DNA of 64,000 bases from an uncultured virus (IMG/VR IMGVR_UViG_3300035670_000158). Taxonomy: Duplodnaviria > Heunggongvirae > Uroviricota > Caudoviricetes. Location of the stretch: positions 1-64,000 of IMG/VR virus record IMGVR_UViG_3300035670_000158; one strand, 5' to 3'. The first letter of the stretch is position 1. Each line of letters begins with the position of its first letter. Positions 60,494-64,000 of this stretch are shown here, piece after piece. Below the pieces are notes generated by a model, which searched no databases, was not told the origin of the DNA, and worked only from the letters and a program-made list of their open reading frames with translations. The translations under genes were made by a program, and so were the position numbers.

Positions 60494-60554
60494 TTTAGGG
60501 GTAAAATGCCATCCTTCCAAGTTGGAGTCACCGGTTCGATTCCGGTTACCCGCT
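60484..60554 (+). tRNA. tRNA-Gly(TCC)
   Basis: GCGGGTA/TACCCGC acceptor, anticodon loop CTTCCAA, T discriminator. Confidence 0.9.
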
Positions 60555-60576
60555 CTGAACCTTTGGGTTCTTAAAA

Positions 60577-60683
60577 TGTGGTTCTGGGTGGAATTCCCAG
60601 CGGTTCCGTTAGGGACTGTCCTTTGTAGGTTCGATACCTACATCTTCCTTATGGGAGATAAGAACGGCTATTGGAAACCACAA
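60577..60683 (+). ncRNA. Multibranch structured RNA with a T-loop
   Basis: TGTGGTT/AACCACA closing stem plus five internal stems, including TGTAGG-TTCGATA-CCTACA. Confidence 0.65.
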
Positions 60684-60755
60684 CCTCTGGTAGTCTATTG
60701 GTAAGGACAGGCAGACAATGCACTTGGATACTAGGTTCGATTCCTAGACAGAGGA
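60684..60755 (+). ncRNA. tRNA-like element with a non-canonical anticodon arm
   Basis: CCTCTG/CAGAGG acceptor, D-arm GTCT/GGAC, CTAGG-TTCGATT-CCTAG T-arm; no 5-bp/7-nt anticodon hairpin. Confidence 0.65.
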
Positions 60756-60759
60756 CAAC

Positions 60760-60832
<73 letters not shown>

Positions 60833-60851
60833 AAATAAATCAAAAACTATA

Positions 60852-61289
60852 ATGGAAACTTTATATGAAGTGCTTCATAAAGCACAGACAACATTATTTT
60901 GCTTGATGCAAAAGACTTGGGTATATCACTGGAATGTTGTGGGTAGTGAGTTCTTTCAATTGCATGAAGCATTTGGAAATCAATATGAGACTATGATTGA
61001 AGAAATTGATAGACTCACTGAACATATGAGGTACTTGAGAATGAAAGCAGTCGCACCAATTTCCATGGTTGCTGATACATCAGAAATTCCTGAAGCTACT
61101 TCTGGAGCGTCTGATAGAACCATGGTTGCTCAACTGTATAAAGACAACCAAAAACTGATTGAGGTCTTTACAGAAGCAATTGAAGCAGCAGAAAATAATA
61201 AGCAACGCTCTACTTCCAATTTACTTCAAGATCTGGTAGAATCTCATGGTAAAAATGTTTGGATGCTCAGATCATTTTTGAAAGAATGA
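60852..61289 (+). CDS. dps: Dps / ferritin-like DNA protection protein
   Basis: HWNVVGSEFFQLHEAF, IDRLTEH, HGKNVWML motifs. Confidence 0.9.
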   Translation: METLYEVLHKAQTTLFCLMQKTWVYHWNVVGSEFFQLHEAFGNQYETMIEEIDRLTEHMRYLRMKAVAPISMVADTSEIPEATSGASDRTMVAQLYKDNQKLIEVFTEAIEAAENNKQRSTSNLLQDLVESHGKNVWMLRSFLKE

Positions 61290-61486
61290 AAGACAAAAAA
61301 TTTAAAAAACTTATACAGAAACCATTGAGGTTTCATCACCAAGATATACATGAAGAACTTGATGAAATTAAAGGGATGCTAAAAAATGTTATCAGTCAGA
61401 TGCAAAGTTTGCAACAAAGAGTTGTCGAGCACGAACAAAACACAGTGCTGCGGATGCCCGAACATGACAACCGTGAGGGAGGATAA
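61286..61486 (+). CDS. Hypothetical protein
   Basis: ATGA overlap with the dps stop. Confidence 0.45.
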   Translation: MKDKKFKKLIQKPLRFHHQDIHEELDEIKGMLKNVISQMQSLQQRVVEHEQNTVLRMPEHDNREGG

Positions 61487-61634
61487 AATCTCTGCGGTTG
61501 ACTTAAGTAAAGTTCTATTGCTAAATTCCGAAAAGAAGGTAAATAATCATGGAATCCTGACAAATAAGGATTTAGAATTTCAAGAGAACAGACGGAAACG
61601 CAAAGTTCGTAAACTTTACTTTGAAGAAAGATGA
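61386..61634 (+). CDS. Zn-ribbon-like hypothetical protein
   Basis: CKVC...CCGCPN. Confidence 0.6.
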   Translation: MLSVRCKVCNKELSSTNKTQCCGCPNMTTVREDKISAVDLSKVLLLNSEKKVNNHGILTNKDLEFQENRRKRKVRKLYFEER

Positions 61635-61858
61635 TTAACCTTCACCAACGATTCAATCATTATCTCAATACAGATAAAACAATCAATGAACAAGACGTGA
61701 ATGAGAAATTGATTAGTTATGGTTGGTTAGATAATGGTGTAGACATCACGGGATACTATCTCTTGACAGAGAACTTTGAATTGGTGTATGATATGCAAGA
61801 GAACTTCAAGCATAAGGTCCCACGGAGATCCTATGCTTGCCTCAAAACAAAAGGATAA
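61631..61858 (+). CDS. Hypothetical protein
   Basis: 75-aa ORF translationally coupled to the previous gene. Confidence 0.55.
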   Translation: MINLHQRFNHYLNTDKTINEQDVNEKLISYGWLDNGVDITGYYLLTENFELVYDMQENFKHKVPRRSYACLKTKG

Positions 61859-61859
61859 T

Positions 61860-61883
61860 GGAAAGGTGGTCGAGTGGTTGAAG
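61860..61883 (+). pseudogene. Orphan 5' fragment of a tRNA-Ser-like gene
   Basis: GGAAAGG-TGGTCGAGTGGTTGAAG (acceptor 5' strand and D-loop), truncated by an AT-rich hairpin. Confidence 0.65.
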
Positions 61884-61921
61884 TTCTAATTTTTCTAAAT
61901 AAATTAGAACCATAAATAATT

Positions 61922-62311
61922 ATGCCATACAAGGATATAAAAAAGCAAAGAGAAGCGCAGCGACTCTGGGCTGAAAAACAATCTAGTGAGTTTAAAAAGG
62001 TAAAATACCAACGAGAACAAAACCACAAAAAGTTGATGGTTGAAAAACTAAATCAACTAAAATTAGAAAAAGGTTGTTGCGAATTGTGTGGTGAGTATCA
62101 TCCACCATGTTGTTTTGATTTTCATCATTTGGACAAAACAACTAAATCAAAAGAAGTATCTCAGTTAGCTGCAAAAGGATACAAATGGGACACAATCTTG
62201 ACTGAAGTTGAGAAGTGTGTTATGCTATGTGCTCCATGTCATCGTAAGATACATGCGGGACTGCTAACAATCTTGGAGAGTCAATCCGATTGGCGACGGA
62301 ACCTGTCTTGA
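61922..62311 (+). CDS. HNH endonuclease (putative homing endonuclease)
   Basis: CELCG, FDFHHLD, LCAPCHRKIH motifs; paralogous to 60140-60493. Confidence 0.85.
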   Translation: MPYKDIKKQREAQRLWAEKQSSEFKKVKYQREQNHKKLMVEKLNQLKLEKGCCELCGEYHPPCCFDFHHLDKTTKSKEVSQLAAKGYKWDTILTEVEKCVMLCAPCHRKIHAGLLTILESQSDWRRNLS

Positions 62312-62361
62312 AAACAGTTGAGGTGTTAAAGCCCTTGGGCGTTCGACTCGCCCACTCTCCG
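62275..62361 (+). tRNA. tRNA-Ser(TGA) with an atypical D-arm
   Basis: GGAGAGT/ACTCTCC acceptor, G discriminator, loop CTTGAAA, long variable arm, GGGCG-TTCGACT-CGCCC. Confidence 0.85.
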
Positions 62362-62389
62362 TTGCTTTTTTATAAAAAGCATATTTCTT

Positions 62390-62463
62390 CGGGCATTAGC
62401 GCAGTTTGGTAGCGCGTTCCGTTTGGGGCGGAAAGGTCATAGGTTCAAATCCTATATGCCCGA
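62390..62463 (+). tRNA. tRNA-Pro(TGG)
   Basis: CGGGCAT/ATGCCCG acceptor, TTCCG-TTTGGGG-CGGAA. Confidence 0.92.
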
Positions 62464-62490
62464 TATATAAAACAAGTAACTAAAACTCAA

Positions 62491-62673
62491 ATGTCGTTAC
62501 CAAAAAATCAAATCACAATTGATGAATTCAGATCTAATCATGAACATTACCTAGAAAGAATGCAAGCTGGAGAAACGTTTTCTTTCACAGATTTTGACCA
62601 AAATAAACATAACTTACATGAACCAGTAAACAATAAAGGAATACCGATCGATATTGAAGAGATCAAATTCTAG
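62491..62673 (+). CDS. Small protein with a Phd/YefM-like N-terminus
   Basis: ITIDEFRSNHEHYLERMQAGETFSFT pattern. Confidence 0.45.
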   Translation: MSLPKNQITIDEFRSNHEHYLERMQAGETFSFTDFDQNKHNLHEPVNNKGIPIDIEEIKF

Positions 62674-62683
62674 TCTAGTGTTT

Positions 62684-62756
62684 GCTGGTTTAGCTATCTG
62701 GTGAAAGCGCCCGACTCATAATCGGATACAGGTGAGTTCGATCCTCACAACCAGCA
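62684..62756 (+). tRNA. tRNA with CAT anticodon (elongator Met or Ile2)
   Basis: GCTGGTT/AACCAGC acceptor, loop CTCATAA; paired 1:72 argues against an initiator. Confidence 0.85.
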
Positions 62757-62762
62757 TTGGAG

Positions 62763-62791
62763 TTGACAGCAACTCCAAATTGTCCTAAAAT
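62763..62791 (+). promoter_or_regulatory. Sigma70 promoter
   Basis: TTGACA-17 nt-TAAAAT. Confidence 0.65.
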
Positions 62792-62813
62792 GACTGGGTA
62801 AACACAAAGTCCA

Positions 62814-63026
62814 ATGTCTATTTCAGAAAAGTTTCAAAAGTACCTTCCTATTCTTGAAGAAGCTGTTGAAGGATCCGTTTTTCTTGATCTTAAAAACCCC
62901 AAACTTTATAAAAAAATTGTTCGTTATTACGCAAATGAGGGTGTAAAGTTCTATGACGATCCCAACGAAGACTATGCCACAGTGGTAGAATGTCTTGCAA
63001 ATGATCTGAAGAAGGTTGCTCGATGA
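62814..63026 (+). CDS. Hypothetical protein
   Basis: 70 aa; NPKLYKKIVRYY. Confidence 0.6.
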   Translation: MSISEKFQKYLPILEEAVEGSVFLDLKNPKLYKKIVRYYANEGVKFYDDPNEDYATVVECLANDLKKVAR

Positions 63027-63256
63027 AACCAAATGTTCTTATGGAGCGGCACCCATACCGCTATGTGAGCACAGGAACTCTGGAAAATGGGTTCCCAGAT
63101 TACAGAATTCAAAAGTTCAATGAATGGTCAAAACGTTATTCTGACATGTATCTGTGTGACAATCAAATGCAAATTTTGACTGCCATTGAAGATTTTGAAT
63201 ATACAAAGTGGTTGGATCCAGATCCTGAAGTCGGTGCCTATAGGCATTGGACATAA
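63023..63256 (+). CDS. Hypothetical protein
   Basis: 77 aa; PDYRIQK, EDFEYTKWLDP. Confidence 0.6.
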   Translation: MKPNVLMERHPYRYVSTGTLENGFPDYRIQKFNEWSKRYSDMYLCDNQMQILTAIEDFEYTKWLDPDPEVGAYRHWT

Positions 63257-63286
63257 TAAATAACACAGAAGATTTTCAATTCACCA

Positions 63287-63460
63287 ATGGTAACTTCAAA
63301 GTCAACAACTGGATCGTTCACATCTGAAATTGAAAAGAGACTACAATCTCTTGAAGAAAAAGCACATGCTCCCTGTGGTGGTGCTTCTGTTCCTGCAGAT
63401 TTAGCTGCTAAGTTTGAAGAACTTTGGGGTTGGTATCAATCCGTAAAATCAAAAGTTTGA
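63287..63460 (+). CDS. 57-aa hypothetical protein (not in ORF track)
   Basis: ATAAATA upstream; MVTSKSTT...IEKRLQSLEEKAH. Confidence 0.55.
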   Translation: MVTSKSTTGSFTSEIEKRLQSLEEKAHAPCGGASVPADLAAKFEELWGWYQSVKSKV

Positions 63461-63896
63461 TTTCTTATTTTTTCAAAATAAGTGGCGCGTCTGATTTCCT
63501 AGTTTGGCAAACTAGGTGGTGGAGTCAATGACCCAAAGACACGGATGGTCTATAACAGCACTGGTCGGGAGAACCCCCCTTATGGCAAAGTCTAATGTAT
63601 TTCGATACATTGGTAACTTTCTTCTCCTAGCAGGATACTTTTTTCTGCTCTGGGGAGATATGAAGATTGGATTATTTGTAAAATGTATAGGAAACATATT
63701 TGTTGTTCCTTTTGCAATCAAATATAAGTTTTGGGACATTCTTTTTTTATGTGGGTTTTATGCCGCGATAGAAGTTCCAAAACTAATTCAATTACTGATT
63801 GTTAAATAGTTTCCAATTTTTCTCAAAAATTGGTGGTGCGGATGGGGAATTCTTTCTCCGCCTAGTTTCTTGGTTCTAGTCAAAAACCAAGTGGCG
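63458..63896 (+). repeat. Four TTT-hairpin-TGGYG RNA units (wcaG-RNA-like)
   Basis: Units at 63461-63487, 63495-63521, 63810-63838, 63866-63896. Confidence 0.65.
63582..63809 (+). CDS. Small membrane protein
   Basis: ATG at 63582; 75 aa with about three hydrophobic segments. Confidence 0.55.
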   Translation: MAKSNVFRYIGNFLLLAGYFFLLWGDMKIGLFVKCIGNIFVVPFAIKYKFWDILFLCGFYAAIEVPKLIQLLIVK

Positions 63897-64000
63897 AGCA
63901 TATTAGTTTCTTGAGTATAAGATGCAAAAAGTACATTGTATTGTAATGACGCGCAATGATGATTTGATCATTGAGCATTGGATCAAAAAGCACATCAACG

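Noticed and set aside
60420..60704. 94-aa ORF across tRNA-Gly and the structured RNA
   Set aside because: It overlaps RNA genes and has no protein-like features
62275..62361. Opal suppressor or selenocysteine tRNA
   Set aside because: Anticodon TGA reads UCA (Ser); a UGA-decoding tRNA would need anticodon TCA
63458..63900. CRISPR array
   Set aside because: Units share structure rather than identical repeats, spacing is irregular, and no cas genes are present

Overview
A 64-kb segment of a T4-like myovirus genome, most likely a cyanophage (inferred from the cobS/cobT-like, hsp20, mazG, speD, cytidyltransferase and 2OG-Fe(II) oxygenase gene set; no photosystem genes are in this window). Almost all genes are on the + strand. 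The order is: neck, tail and terminase genes (gp14-gp19) interleaved with accessory virion proteins; the head cluster gp20-gp23; gp3, uvsY, uvsW, gp55, gp47, gp46; a VWA/CobT-like and CobS AAA+ pair; the replisome (gp45, gp44, gp62, regA, gp43, uvsX, gp41, gp61); nrdAB; a cell-wall hydrolase module; and a tRNA cluster with six tRNAs. The most striking observations are: (1) a complete -1 ribosomal frameshift signal (A-AAA-AAG plus a 16-bp hairpin) that would fuse a C39 peptidase to a GH24 lysozyme lacking its own ATG; (2) two related HNH endonuclease genes whose 3' ends run into tRNA genes, one with its stop codon on the tRNA-Ser anticodon and a relic tRNA-Ser 5' fragment upstream; (3) several structured RNAs not in the ORF track, including a T-loop multibranch RNA, an anticodon-less tRNA mimic, a TTT-hairpin-TGGYG array, an rlpA leader and elements around hsp20; and (4) T4-like capsid-targeting N-termini and probable protease-cleaved virion polyproteins. 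All family assignments come from recognising motifs by eye; no searches were run.
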